Source: a virus (Duplodnaviria; Caudoviricetes). Taken from it: 64,000 nt of DNA. A program made the position numbers and the translations under genes. The DNA lies in IMG/VR virus record IMGVR_UViG_3300024269_000048, positions 9,799 to 73,798 of that record; one strand, 5' to 3'. The notes under the pieces are model-generated. The model saw only the letters and a list, made by a program, of their open reading frames with translations, was not told the DNA's origin and did not search any database. Numbering within the stretch: the stretch's first letter is position 1; the number at the start of each line of letters is the position of its first letter. Below, in pieces: positions 1-9,782 of this stretch.

Positions 1-569
1 GGCGTTCCGTTGAGCCTACCCTTGATGGCCATAATTTCACCTGTAGAAGTTCTTATAGGCAGGGTAATCCTTTGACTTAAAACATCATAACCTATGCCCC
101 ATTTTCGTTGAGTACTTAGCGAAATTCCATCCTCGAGCCAAAGCAGATTTGGCGTATTACCATACTGTTCAAGTATCTCTTCTGGATAAGTAGTTACGGA
201 TATTTCACCGTTAGAACGGCTAATTTTATCGTACAGACCACCAAAGAGCCCCGTCTTGCGTTTGTAATTATATATGGAATCAAGATGTAACTCCTGCTTG
301 ATAATATTCATTACATCTTTGAAAGGAATATTCTTACTTTTAACGAGGTAGTTTATGAAGTCGAGTGAGAGATTTCTCTCATAGTCCTTCACAAACAAAT
401 TCTCATTATCTTGCAGCCTAATAACCACCGCAGTCGGGTTCATCCCAGGCTCAAAAGCACACCTAAGTTCTCGGTTTCGGATTCGTATCTTGTCAAATCC
501 GAAGGTGTCTAAGATATGCTCTATGGACTCTGGTTGCTCTAATAGTTTTTCTTTTACTTCTTCGAACAC
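1..569 (-). CDS. DnaG-like DNA primase, N-terminal part (runs off window start)
   Basis: Hand translation from GTG at 569 (GGAGG RBS upstream) gives an open frame to the window edge, MFEEVKEKLL...RITLPIRTSTGEIMAIKGR, resembling the DnaG RIMFPI..G.VIGF.GR motif; lies near a helicase gene. Confidence 0.75.
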   Translation of the reverse strand, partial: MFEEVKEKLLEQPESIEHILDTFGFDKIRIRNRELRCAFEPGMNPTAVVIRLQDNENLFVKDYERNLSLDFINYLVKSKNIPFKDVMNIIKQELHLDSIYNYKRKTGLFGGLYDKISRSNGEISVTTYPEEILEQYGNTPNLLWLEDGISLSTQRKWGIGYDVLSQRITLPIRTSTGEIMAIKGRLNGT

Positions 570-603
570 ATCTCTGACACCTCCAATCATTTCGTATTGT
601 TAA

Positions 604-1182
604 TCAATCATGAATGTCTAACACCGTAACAAACATTCCCCGACTATTTTTCTTAATTTCTTCTAATTTTTCATCAAAACGTTCATCTTTGACAAAGGCC
701 TTCCCGTCCCAAGACTCTCTTGCAATAACATTACCGTTAGCGTCAATGCAGATATAGCAACTCTGCTCCTCAAAGTTTAATAAATCATTTATTCTTGCGC
801 CATCCACATAAAGATATCCATCTCTACTACCCATAGAAGAAAAATAATCTTCTTCACTATACATATATGAAGGTATGTTACCGTCTTTTACAAATCTCTC
901 CATCCTAGAGAGCAAACATGAATAAAACAACCTTTTGTTTCTGCCTACTCTGTCATAAAATCCCCAGTTATAAGTTTCATCATTTTCATCAATTTTTAAC
1001 TTTAACTTGCCATTATATCTTCCGCCAATCTGATACCAATCCCAAGTAAAAACAGGGTATGGCGAAGTGAGATTTCCCTTTTCGTCATATTCTATATTAT
1101 CATAATAATAAGGTCTCATAATTTCATCAATCTTATCTTCGGTGGGGAATTCTTTTGTAATTAATAAAGCACAATAATGCAT
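604..1182 (-). CDS. hypothetical protein (192 aa)
   Basis: ORF with RBS, first gene after a consensus promoter. Confidence 0.7.
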   Translation of the reverse strand: MHYCALLITKEFPTEDKIDEIMRPYYYDNIEYDEKGNLTSPYPVFTWDWYQIGGRYNGKLKLKIDENDETYNWGFYDRVGRNKRLFYSCLLSRMERFVKDGNIPSYMYSEEDYFSSMGSRDGYLYVDGARINDLLNFEEQSCYICIDANGNVIARESWDGKAFVKDERFDEKLEEIKKNSRGMFVTVLDIHD

Positions 1183-1216
1183 TTTTCGTTTCTCCTAATC
1201 ATTTTGTTGTGTAATT

Positions 1217-1245
1217 ATAATAGTACCATTTCCTCAATTTGTCAA
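1217..1245 (-). promoter_or_regulatory. sigmaA-type promoter
   Basis: TTGACA-17 nt-TATTAT(AAT) on minus strand. Confidence 0.7.
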
Positions 1246-1260
1246 GGTAGTTTGGGATTT

Positions 1261-1281
1261 ATTTACAAAATGTTTACAATT
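1261..1281 (-). promoter_or_regulatory. tandem TTGTAAA direct repeat upstream of promoter
   Basis: Two TTGTAAA 11 bp apart, 15 nt upstream of -35; same arrangement at three other promoters. Confidence 0.65.
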
Positions 1282-2845
1282 ACTGGATATAACCATGCTT
1301 GAATTTCGCCTTGGCCGCATCCGACCAAAGTCCCCACGCACCTTGGAATGAGAATATATACCCAATTCCAGTATCGGAGCTTACTGCTCCTGATGAACGG
1401 CTTTTTTCTATGAATACTGCTCTGTACACCATATCCTCTTTCGGTTGCCATGGAATATTCTCCCATTGATTTGTATTCTTGTTTAATACGGTTTTGAACG
1501 GTGCACAGAAAAACTTACTTGAAGGATCAAACTCTTCTTGATACATAGAACGGCATAAGATCATCAAATCGCAAACCTCTTTAATCTGTTTGCTCATTGA
1601 TAATACCGAACTGTCAAGGAACAACTTACCAAGCGTATTAATTGCCAACTGTAAAGTACAAATTACCTGAGTGCCTGGGTACTTACGAGAAAGGGTCTCA
1701 AATCTACGGCTATCCTGAATAAGAGAAAGCCAACTATTATCATTATTAGTCGATAAATCTATCTTAAATGTGTCATAAACACAAGTATTTACACCCCTAT
1801 TAAGAATATACAAACGCATCTTTTTAATTGCAAGCCCAACATCACTATCGGGAATACTGATAAAATAAAGTTGCCCCTTGTATCTGCTTCTCCAATAATC
1901 TTGTGCCTTCCTAATATATTCTCTATCTTCCTTACTAATATTTCCGTTTATCAGCTTAGTCTTTGTTAGGTTATAATAGTTGAAATGCTTAGTCAATATT
2001 AATAAAAGGAAGCCGATCTTAAATGCCTTAGATCTCTGCTCATTGGAAATTATCATGCACTTGCGCCCCTCGTGCATCATTGACATAAGAATGCTGAGAA
2101 TTAGGGTGGTCTTACCTACGTTAGAGTAACCACCTATAATAGTCATTCCGTCCGGAATTCCATTAACTTGCTTCGAGAAGTACCTTAGAGCTTCTACCGG
2201 GTTGCCCATATAATCATCATCAAAATATTCAAATGGTGTACCTGCTTCCTCTCCGTTTTCAAGAGATTCAATGAATTCGTCCGTAATATCTAATTCTTCT
2301 TCCTCCAGCACCTTGCTAGAATATCCCGTGCCAAAACTTTCAAGCTTCGATGTATACCAATCTGTAACCTGTTCACTTGACATTTTAGCAAAGAGTTTTA
2401 ATGGGTTAATTGTCTTTCCCTCATATTTAATAGGCTCAAGTAGATTAAAACCAAATTTGTGCATATCAATAATCATATTTGACTTCAAAAGATTATCGAG
2501 GTAACTCTCATAGTTTTGGTTGTTCACGCAATCTGCCATATTCTTAATCGCCTTGAAGCCACCACTCTCTTCAAGTTTGCTCCTTACGTCTTCTGATATA
2601 TATGTTAAAACGGACACCTCATCAAACACCGTACACTTTTTATCTCTCAGTGTTTTCAAGATGCCGTAAATCAGTCTTGCATCCTTTGTTAAAAATTTGG
2701 AACTATCGATATTAGTATCCTCTACAAGCAGCATATCATTGACCATACTACCAATGACATTTGCCTCGATATTAACACGTCCCTCAAGTAGTTCCTTGGG
2801 GATCTTATTGGTAACTCCACTTATGTATAAATTATTCATTAACAA
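1280..2845 (-). CDS. DnaB-like replicative helicase (SPbeta YorI-like)
   Basis: Walker A GGYSNVGKTT, ISNEQ, YDTFK, TLQL and IEKSR motifs of the DnaB/RecA fold. Confidence 0.9.
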   Translation of the reverse strand: MLMNNLYISGVTNKIPKELLEGRVNIEANVIGSMVNDMLLVEDTNIDSSKFLTKDARLIYGILKTLRDKKCTVFDEVSVLTYISEDVRSKLEESGGFKAIKNMADCVNNQNYESYLDNLLKSNMIIDMHKFGFNLLEPIKYEGKTINPLKLFAKMSSEQVTDWYTSKLESFGTGYSSKVLEEEELDITDEFIESLENGEEAGTPFEYFDDDYMGNPVEALRYFSKQVNGIPDGMTIIGGYSNVGKTTLILSILMSMMHEGRKCMIISNEQRSKAFKIGFLLLILTKHFNYYNLTKTKLINGNISKEDREYIRKAQDYWRSRYKGQLYFISIPDSDVGLAIKKMRLYILNRGVNTCVYDTFKIDLSTNNDNSWLSLIQDSRRFETLSRKYPGTQVICTLQLAINTLGKLFLDSSVLSMSKQIKEVCDLMILCRSMYQEEFDPSSKFFCAPFKTVLNKNTNQWENIPWQPKEDMVYRAVFIEKSRSSGAVSSDTGIGYIFSFQGAWGLWSDAAKAKFKHGYIQ

Positions 2846-3336
2846 TCCTCCTCAAAGTCCAACAGAGCCTGTCTGGTTTTTGGTTTGTATTTTGTTTCAT
2901 AGTGCTCTTCTACTACAACTTTAGGCGGAGCAACTTCGATTGTCTTCGGCACAAACGCCTTAATTTTATCCCTAATAATTGCCGACAAATAGCGTATACG
3001 CGCGTACTCAGAACTCTGCAACCTAGCAATCACCGAACTTAAGTAATCCCTATTTTCTTCTAAGTACTTAGCGATTTTAGCGTTATCTGCGACCTTTAGC
3101 CACTCTTGCCACTCCTTGAATAGCGCCGTATTAATAATCTCCTTTTCGCCCATAATATCACATATCAAGCGATATACTCTATCCTTATCTTCCTGGGCCT
3201 TCTTCTTACGTGCTTCTTCTGCCTCGAACTCAGAGGCTGAACAAAAATACTTAGGTTTTCCATTCTTATCTATTACTTTGTATGCTATTTTAGTATCTAA
3301 TTTTGTGCCACAAATTTTGCATTTTGCCGCAGCCAT
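2839..3336 (-). CDS. hypothetical protein with N-terminal Cys motif (possible helicase loader/partner)
   Basis: CKICG...YFCS; overlaps the helicase start. Confidence 0.6.
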   Translation of the reverse strand: MAAAKCKICGTKLDTKIAYKVIDKNGKPKYFCSASEFEAEEARKKKAQEDKDRVYRLICDIMGEKEIINTALFKEWQEWLKVADNAKIAKYLEENRDYLSSVIARLQSSEYARIRYLSAIIRDKIKAFVPKTIEVAPPKVVVEEHYETKYKPKTRQALLDFEEDC

Positions 3337-3355
3337 CTTAATTCCTCCTTATGTC

Positions 3356-3391
3356 AAAAGTAGGTGGTGGTGATTCCTCACCAACCACCTA
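3356..3391 (-). terminator. Rho-independent terminator
   Basis: TAGGTGGT/ACCACCTA stem with inner GGTGA/TCACC, followed by CTTTT on minus strand. Confidence 0.6.
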
Positions 3392-3397
3392 TGCATT

Positions 3398-3715
3398 TTA
3401 ATTTGCAAGTTCTACCTTACCATTTTCGTCATATACATCAAACCATTCGCCACAATAATCATAAGTGCTTTGTCTTAGTTCAAGTATACGCTTTAAGGTT
3501 TTGCAGGTATACAACTTCATTCCAGTAGGATTTACACCAATCCCATTAAATGTTTCGCGATAAAAACGTGACATCCCGTGTGCCTTATATACTGCTCTAT
3601 CATCAGTCATATAAGTATATGCTGGAATGACAGTGCCATCTGTTTTTTCGATTTCCGTAGATATTTTTTCATACGGCTCTTTTCTTAAATAATACATATT
3701 GTTATACCTCGTCAT
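3398..3715 (-). CDS. hypothetical protein (105 aa)
   Basis: ORF in co-directional operon. Confidence 0.6.
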   Translation of the reverse strand: MTRYNNMYYLRKEPYEKISTEIEKTDGTVIPAYTYMTDDRAVYKAHGMSRFYRETFNGIGVNPTGMKLYTCKTLKRILELRQSTYDYCGEWFDVYDENGKVELAN

Positions 3716-4946
3716 TCAGTCCAAGGATTTCCTCGATAGCGTTAACGTCGCTAGTCTTCATCTCTGCGGAAAGCTTGTTATTGTAGTCTACAAGATGCTT
3801 CTTAACCTTTGCCTTGGTTGTCGCATCACTCGCCTTAAATGCTGCTCTAATTGCATTGAGCCTATCATCATCAAGAGTGATGATTACATCCCCATCAACC
3901 TCTTCGACCTCATCCTCGGGGAAGATATCTACCTCATCTACATCGAAAGGTGCTTCGTCTTCCACTACTTCATCCTTTGCCTTGGCCTTATCGACCACCG
4001 CTCTAAGTTTTGCAGTAAGTTCATCTTCTTCCTCTTCGTCAATAACAGGGTTAGACTTCTTTACGGACTTTTTAGTAGTAGGCTTCTTTGCAAAATTAGT
4101 CTTAGACTTTTCCATGCCCTCTTCTACAATTTTAATAAATTCTTCAGCCATGTTTGGCTTGTCAAACACCATATACTCTGGTACAGTGCCATCTGCAAAT
4201 CTACCGCCCGCATCGATTAGAGTAGTTCCACGGAAGTATAACTTTCTAATAGTGTCAGTGGCATATTTCTTAACGGTATCCTTTTCCTGCTTCTCTTCAA
4301 CAACCCTATCAATAACACCAGTAAGTACCACATCGAAGCAATCTCCGAAGGCAGCCTCATAATCTGCTCCCATATTAGAAGTTAACTGCATATAGCCGTC
4401 TTGCTCTAATCCACCCTTTTCCTTAATTGTCTTAAATTTCGTGTGTGCGATAACCCAAACTCCGAATCCTGCCTCTTGAAGTTCGGTCATATAAGGCTTG
4501 ATAATTTCATTAGCAGAATATTTTTCTCCACCAGTGAATCCGCCCATAGCTGCCTTAATGCTCTTCGTGGGCTTGCTGGGATTCTCTAAATTTGATCTAC
4601 GGATAGTTTCGCGATCCGCTAGAATTGTCAATTCATCTCCTGTATCAAATGCGACAATTTCAATTTGATGACTCTTGCCCTTCTCTTTGATGAGCCAATC
4701 TTTAAGTGCAACAAGCTGTTTATATGTAGATACCTGCGTACAGTTTAAACTGTCTAACATCTTGTATCCTTTCTCGTTTCCTACGCCCACAAGTAGTCCT
4801 TTTGATGGATCGCCATATTTTGCGAGAATTACATCCCTAAAAAGTGTTGTCTTTCCAAACTTCTTCGTTGAACGAAGATAAACACTCAAATTCTTCATAT
4901 CCGCCTCAATTGTATTAATTGTAGGCAACTGAAATCCTAAATCCAT
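3702..4946 (-). CDS. P-loop ATPase, AAA_24/Sak4-like (SPbeta YorG-like)
   Basis: STKKFGKTT Walker A, VAFDT Walker B, IAHTK motif, acidic C-terminal tail. Confidence 0.8.
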   Translation of the reverse strand: MDLGFQLPTINTIEADMKNLSVYLRSTKKFGKTTLFRDVILAKYGDPSKGLLVGVGNEKGYKMLDSLNCTQVSTYKQLVALKDWLIKEKGKSHQIEIVAFDTGDELTILADRETIRRSNLENPSKPTKSIKAAMGGFTGGEKYSANEIIKPYMTELQEAGFGVWVIAHTKFKTIKEKGGLEQDGYMQLTSNMGADYEAAFGDCFDVVLTGVIDRVVEEKQEKDTVKKYATDTIRKLYFRGTTLIDAGGRFADGTVPEYMVFDKPNMAEEFIKIVEEGMEKSKTNFAKKPTTKKSVKKSNPVIDEEEEDELTAKLRAVVDKAKAKDEVVEDEAPFDVDEVDIFPEDEVEEVDGDVIITLDDDRLNAIRAAFKASDATTKAKVKKHLVDYNNKLSAEMKTSDVNAIEEILGLNDEV

Positions 4947-4980
4947 AATATATTTCTCCTTTAATCATTTTGTATTGTTA

Positions 4981-6090
4981 TTAAATATCATCTTCATCAT
5001 CGGAGCCCGCAAAGATGTCAACTTCCTCTTCCTTAATATGAGGTAAAATTACTAAATCTTCTGCGGTAAACGCTGTAGGCTCACTCTGCTTTACAATGCT
5101 GTCCAGTCTAAGCTCCTGAATCTTGGGACCATACATCTGACCGCCCGCGTTCTTAATAGCTTGCTTGGCATCCATAAGACCAAGCTTAATTGCCTTCTGA
5201 GTCTTTTCATCAAGGTCGGTAATCTGAATATCAGCCTTCTGGGCTCCATCGATAACCTTGCAAGACAATACGACCTTACATACCTCGTTATCGCCAAAGT
5301 CACTCAGAATTTCTTCTGTGCCATCGATAACATCCATATCGTTCTCTCTCATTACAAGAGCAACAGGACAGAACCAATCGCCCTTAGTCTTAGAGTCTCT
5401 AAACTGAGTATAACCGGACAAAACAGCCTTGCCATCCGATGTAACAGACTCCTTATCCATAAAGCTCTCTGTAAAGTAGAAGTTCACATTAGCTTCACTC
5501 TTAGGTTCTACATCATCCTCAGCACGATATATCTTATTTACTTCATATGTAGAGTAATATTTGCCAGTCTTTTCACTATAACTGTATTCAATTGAGCCCT
5601 GTACCTTAAACATCATATCTTTAATCTTATCAGAGTTCACAACCTTACGAGCCCACTCGATAAAATCGCTGCCAGCAAGGAAATGCTTTCTCTTCTTTTC
5701 CGATGCTGCAAACCCCTCAGTATCACCATTGTCCTTAAGCGCCTTGCGGTTGCTATATGTATCAGTATCTACTGTAAACACTCTATAACCCGCCACTTTC
5801 TCAATTTCGGCAGGGTCGTTTCTCTTGCTCCAAGGTATCTGAATAGGCTCACTCTGCTTTCCGTCCTTGGGCTTTGAATAAGTGTAAACAACCGAATTCT
5901 TAGCATCATCCTGCCAACGCCCTGCATTAATCTCTACAAGATGTCTATTGTCTCCCGCGACAATGTTGAATCTGAGCTTCTGGGTCATCCACTTGCTATC
6001 GTATACCATTTCAGTATAACCCTTAAAAGTCTCAGTGTCCTTAATTGGCACAATCTTGCCAATAAAGGTGAATGAATTTTTTGTTGCCAT
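4981..6090 (-). CDS. putative ssDNA-binding protein (SPbeta YorF-like position)
   Basis: Beta-rich sequence starting NSFTFIGK, acidic tail DDEDDI, located beside Sak4-like ATPase. Confidence 0.5.
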   Translation of the reverse strand: MATKNSFTFIGKIVPIKDTETFKGYTEMVYDSKWMTQKLRFNIVAGDNRHLVEINAGRWQDDAKNSVVYTYSKPKDGKQSEPIQIPWSKRNDPAEIEKVAGYRVFTVDTDTYSNRKALKDNGDTEGFAASEKKRKHFLAGSDFIEWARKVVNSDKIKDMMFKVQGSIEYSYSEKTGKYYSTYEVNKIYRAEDDVEPKSEANVNFYFTESFMDKESVTSDGKAVLSGYTQFRDSKTKGDWFCPVALVMRENDMDVIDGTEEILSDFGDNEVCKVVLSCKVIDGAQKADIQITDLDEKTQKAIKLGLMDAKQAIKNAGGQMYGPKIQELRLDSIVKQSEPTAFTAEDLVILPHIKEEEVDIFAGSDDEDDI

Positions 6091-6124
6091 ATTAATTTTC
6101 TCCTTTTAATTTAATATTTTTTAA

Positions 6125-6511
6125 TTAACCACATTCACAATCCTGTGAAGAAATTAGGTTGAATGTTTTCTCGTCATATACCACTACAACGCTACCAATA
6201 CACTCATCCCCAATCCATATTTGTGCTCTTGTCGGTAGATAGGTCAAAGTCTCATCTGCCAACTTTCTGTACCATTTTGCAAAAGTCGTATAATCGTAGT
6301 TCTCAATAGATTTCCAAATTTCATCAATGTCAACATCCGCGTTCATATGATGAAACCACTGATAACGTATAGAAACTTCACAATCCAGGTGTCTCTGCAC
6401 ATTAGTTACTGGTCTAATATTGCCAGTGGCATCCTCAATCCAGTCCCAATTAAAATTCACCCAAAATTTTATCTTATTGCCAACTGCATTAAAAACATCT
6501 CTTAATGTCAT
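6125..6511 (-). CDS. hypothetical protein (128 aa)
   Basis: ORF with RBS. Confidence 0.6.
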   Translation of the reverse strand: MTLRDVFNAVGNKIKFWVNFNWDWIEDATGNIRPVTNVQRHLDCEVSIRYQWFHHMNADVDIDEIWKSIENYDYTTFAKWYRKLADETLTYLPTRAQIWIGDECIGSVVVVYDEKTFNLISSQDCECG

Positions 6512-6530
6512 CTTTTATTCCTTTCTAATT

Positions 6531-7223
6531 TTAATCATTTTGTATTGTTGGTTTATATGACCATTTATATCCATATGCTTTATTTAATTCGCCTCGGCAG
6601 CATTTCGCTATGGAAGAATTACTATACCCCAATTCTCTTTTAACCTCAATGGCACTCTTCCATATTTTAATTAAATTATCATTTTCATCATATTGATATA
6701 CTCGTTTACTTCCTAATTCGCTAATCTTATTTTTGGTCTCTTCTGAATGTTTGCGACCATACCACGGATTGTTTTCTCCAGAACATTTTTCTCTATGACC
6801 ATCTTGTAATCTTTTCTTATGTTCTTCTGTGAGATGTCTACCATATAACGGATGCTTTTCCCCAGACATATCTGCATGATTTTCGCTAATTTTTCGTCTA
6901 CTTTCTTCTCCGTATTTTCCATTTGACCCGCCTTCTTTTAGATTATACCAATTTGAGTCTTCTACGACATTTAAAAATATAGTTAAATCATACTCCGCCT
7001 TATTTAATTCTTCTTCTGAAGAACAAATTTTAACAATATTGCGCGAAAAATTTTCTTTTCCATATTTTTTTACAGCATTTTTAAAAATTGTTCCGCTTCC
7101 AAGATAATTTTTCCAACTTTTGTCAAATTTCTTTTGCCCCAAATACCTCTTACCATTTATCATATTGGTCGTTATGTAAATAAAACCATATGGATTCTGA
7201 ATAATTTGTTCATTTGTTTTCAT
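6531..7223 (-). CDS. GIY-YIG homing endonuclease with NUMOD3/NUMOD1-type DNA-binding modules
   Basis: GFIYITTNMINGKRYLGQK; two (H/N)P(L/W)YGR(H/K)..EE.K repeats; C-terminal VYQYD..W.S..E...CC.G..AYGYKW. Confidence 0.9.
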   Translation of the reverse strand: MKTNEQIIQNPYGFIYITTNMINGKRYLGQKKFDKSWKNYLGSGTIFKNAVKKYGKENFSRNIVKICSSEEELNKAEYDLTIFLNVVEDSNWYNLKEGGSNGKYGEESRRKISENHADMSGEKHPLYGRHLTEEHKKRLQDGHREKCSGENNPWYGRKHSEETKNKISELGSKRVYQYDENDNLIKIWKSAIEVKRELGYSNSSIAKCCRGELNKAYGYKWSYKPTIQND

Positions 7224-7291
7224 TCCTTAATACATATGTGACTTCTTATAAATGCCTCTTTTAATTTCTCATATTATTCCCCTTCCCTCAA

Positions 7292-7516
7292 TCATTTTGT
7301 ACTGTTTAAATAGTATCGATTATCCTTGGTAACATCATAATATAAATATTCGTCACCCGGCTCCGTTCCTACCCAAAGATGATTTGTCATCTGTTTACAA
7401 TCTTTGCATCTTATTTTCGTATATAATTCATCTTCATCTATATCGGGCGGATCTTCCATCCAATGAAGGGTTCCGCAATTCATACATTGATATTGTGCTT
7501 TTTGCTTATCTCTCAT
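7292..7516 (-). CDS. small zinc-ribbon protein
   Basis: CMNCG and CKDC pairs. Confidence 0.6.
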   Translation of the reverse strand: MRDKQKAQYQCMNCGTLHWMEDPPDIDEDELYTKIRCKDCKQMTNHLWVGTEPGDEYLYYDVTKDNRYYLNSTK

Positions 7517-7589
7517 AAACCTCTCCTCCTTTCGTGGTAATCACTTTGTCTCCTAAGTTCACTACTATATTACCACAAAAGCGAGTAAA

Positions 7590-7630
7590 AGTCAATACCT
7601 TTTATCAATTGTTTACAATTTATTTACAAT
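7590..7630 (-). promoter_or_regulatory. -35 TTGACT with tandem TTGTAAA repeat 15 nt upstream
   Basis: TTGACT at 7595-7590, TAATAT 17 nt downstream, repeat at 7611-7630. Confidence 0.6.
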
Positions 7631-7870
7631 CACCCTAATCTCCAGCATATCATCCCCTATCGTATAAGTATTCCCCTTAACGCAGAACTCGACTACCTTC
7701 TGCTTGTACACGAACAATTCAGTTCCCTTGACTACAATACCAATCTTCTCGTCATTATTTATTACTTGAAGCGCATCACACCCATATTGCTGCTCCCCAA
7801 ATAATAAATGCTTTAATGTAACCTTTCCACGTAGTCCTTGTAACTGTTTCCATTCGTCATATTTTCTCAT
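7613..7870 (-). CDS. hypothetical protein (85 aa), probably SOS-regulated
   Basis: ORF with AAGGGG RBS downstream of a LexA-box promoter. Confidence 0.65.
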   Translation of the reverse strand: MRKYDEWKQLQGLRGKVTLKHLLFGEQQYGCDALQVINNDEKIGIVVKGTELFVYKQKVVEFCVKGNTYTIGDDMLEIRVIVNKL

Positions 7871-7909
7871 TTGTATTTCCCCTTCGTCGATTAAAAATTC
7901 TCATATGTA

Positions 7910-7938
7910 ATTATACACCGAACTAATGTTCGTTTCAA
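7910..7938 (-). promoter_or_regulatory. sigmaA promoter with Firmicutes LexA (Cheo) box in the spacer
   Basis: TTGAAA-17 nt-TATAAT; spacer contains palindromic CGAAC-TAAT-GTTCG (7919-7932). Confidence 0.75.
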
Positions 7939-8026
7939 CCCATAAAATGTTCCAAATTATGAACAAATCGTTAAAAATATAAAAATTAGTGGGATTACTA
8001 CTAAAATACCCAATACAATTACCCAG

Positions 8027-8257
8027 CTATGTCTTTCCCATTTCATTTATGTCCTCCGTTCTAATATATAATCTCAACACCCACTTGCTCGACTCTTGCT
8101 CTTGAATTTCTTCAACTTTATATACATCAAGCCAGGAATAAGTAGATTTAAACCACTTTTTAACCTCTGTGGTTTTCACATCATTATCCGCCTTGTAGTC
8201 GTATTGAGTCGGCGGTCGATTCTTTGTGTAACCAGCGTATACTCTGAAGTATTTCAT
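8027..8257 (-). CDS. hypothetical protein (76 aa)
   Basis: ORF with RBS. Confidence 0.55.
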   Translation of the reverse strand: MKYFRVYAGYTKNRPPTQYDYKADNDVKTTEVKKWFKSTYSWLDVYKVEEIQEQESSKWVLRLYIRTEDINEMGKT

Positions 8258-8278
8258 ACTTTTATCTCCTAATCTTTA

Positions 8279-9688
8279 TCATTGATTTACTACCATATTG
8301 AACTTTTGTACTACTGTAGCTATATATAGATTTGCTTTCTCTTTCACTACCTGTGTGACATACTCTGTAAAGTCTTCTTGCGATACTCTTTCTTTATGAG
8401 CATAGAATGCATCATAACATTGCCACACTTTATATCCATTATCCAGCAACTCTTTTAACACCTCCATATAGATACAGCTTTCATGATAAAATATTTCACT
8501 ACCATACAAAGAGCCACCTTCTGCTTTTATAATAGCATTCTGATATATCCTCATCTCTGCGTCGACGGCTTCTTTATCTTTGACGTTTGCCATAACTCTT
8601 CTCGTATGAACTCCCAGCGTACTTGGTCTATCAAAGTAACCTCTCATATGCAACTTTTTAATAGCTGGACGCACTTTCTCGAACTTTTGTACTACTGTAT
8701 GACTTGACATATACTCTTTATAGATTAGCTCATAAATATCTACATCTTCTGATATCCACTTTCCTTTATTCATTGATAAAGTGATCCTTGGAATAGATGA
8801 CGTAACATCCTTCTCTAGATTTAAACCATACCTTTCTAACACATCATCTTTGTATGCTCCATAGAAATTTTCATTGCCATCCTTCTCTCTCTTGGCTGAT
8901 ACCAATTCGTTAGTTGCTCTGATGCCTATTTTAGTAATTGCCTTATTGCCTTTGTTCCAAGTATAGTTAGGTGTGAAACTAATCGACAGTTCTGGATTAT
9001 CCGCATAATATGTTTCGTTAATGGTGTCTGCTAACTCTTGATAATACGCCAAGTAAGGATAATTCCGATAAAGCATCGCTTCAATATACCTCTCAAACTG
9101 CGCCGTAGAATAGTTGTCCGGTTTAAGCAAATGTAACTGACTACTAAAGCGCACCATATCGTTATCGAAATTTTCAATTCTCAACTTTTGTACTACTGTA
9201 CTACGTAGTTGTTTATTGTTAAGCACAACATACTTATTGATATTATTCTCTTTACAATAGTGTTTTACTTTTAACTCATTGTCATAGTAATATCTATACG
9301 TCTTTGATTTATTGTATTCTTCTCGTGATGCATTATACTGATAGGTTGTATCTTCCTCTCTTAAGAGGCCTATGTTAATCATATACTTTACCAGGTTGGA
9401 TGCATTTTGTTGACTTCCACAAATACTGATAAGCTTCTTGTTGGTAGTGGCAATAGGCATAATTGTGCAACCATGAGCTAATCTTTTATGTTTGACCATA
9501 TCAATGAACGCCAATACCTTACCCAACTTCTTTTTTGTAGACGCCTTGCTTCTTATCTCTGGGATTTTCAACTCTGGCAAAACATATTCTTTGCACTCAA
9601 CTGGTCTCCAATAAAATGGATTGGTGCCAATTGAAGATGTTTGCCTTTCTTTGAGCTCAATTTCTCTTGCAATGTCAATAATATTCAT
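8279..9688 (-). CDS. hypothetical 469-aa protein, possibly a divergent polymerase-palm/replication protein
   Basis: Long ORF with RBS; motifs EKDVTSSIPRI, RPAIKKLHMRGYF, HESCI...YDAFY loosely resemble A-family polymerase motifs A/B/C. Confidence 0.5.
   Translation of the reverse strand: MNIIDIAREIELKERQTSSIGTNPFYWRPVECKEYVLPELKIPEIRSKASTKKKLGKVLAFIDMVKHKRLAHGCTIMPIATTNKKLISICGSQQNASNLVKYMINIGLLREEDTTYQYNASREEYNKSKTYRYYYDNELKVKHYCKENNINKYVVLNNKQLRSTVVQKLRIENFDNDMVRFSSQLHLLKPDNYSTAQFERYIEAMLYRNYPYLAYYQELADTINETYYADNPELSISFTPNYTWNKGNKAITKIGIRATNELVSAKREKDGNENFYGAYKDDVLERYGLNLEKDVTSSIPRITLSMNKGKWISEDVDIYELIYKEYMSSHTVVQKFEKVRPAIKKLHMRGYFDRPSTLGVHTRRVMANVKDKEAVDAEMRIYQNAIIKAEGGSLYGSEIFYHESCIYMEVLKELLDNGYKVWQCYDAFYAHKERVSQEDFTEYVTQVVKEKANLYIATVVQKFNMVVNQ
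8301..9200 (+). repeat. three exact copies of AACTTTTGTACTACTGTA
   Basis: Copies at 8301-8318, 8682-8699 and 9183-9200, all inside the 469-aa ORF. Confidence 0.9.
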
Positions 9689-9782
9689 CTTATCTATCTC
9701 CTTTGTGCTCCGACATAAACAAGAACATTATTAGTCTTTTCAATCATTTTGTATTGTTTGACGTAAAGAGGAAACACTTCCT

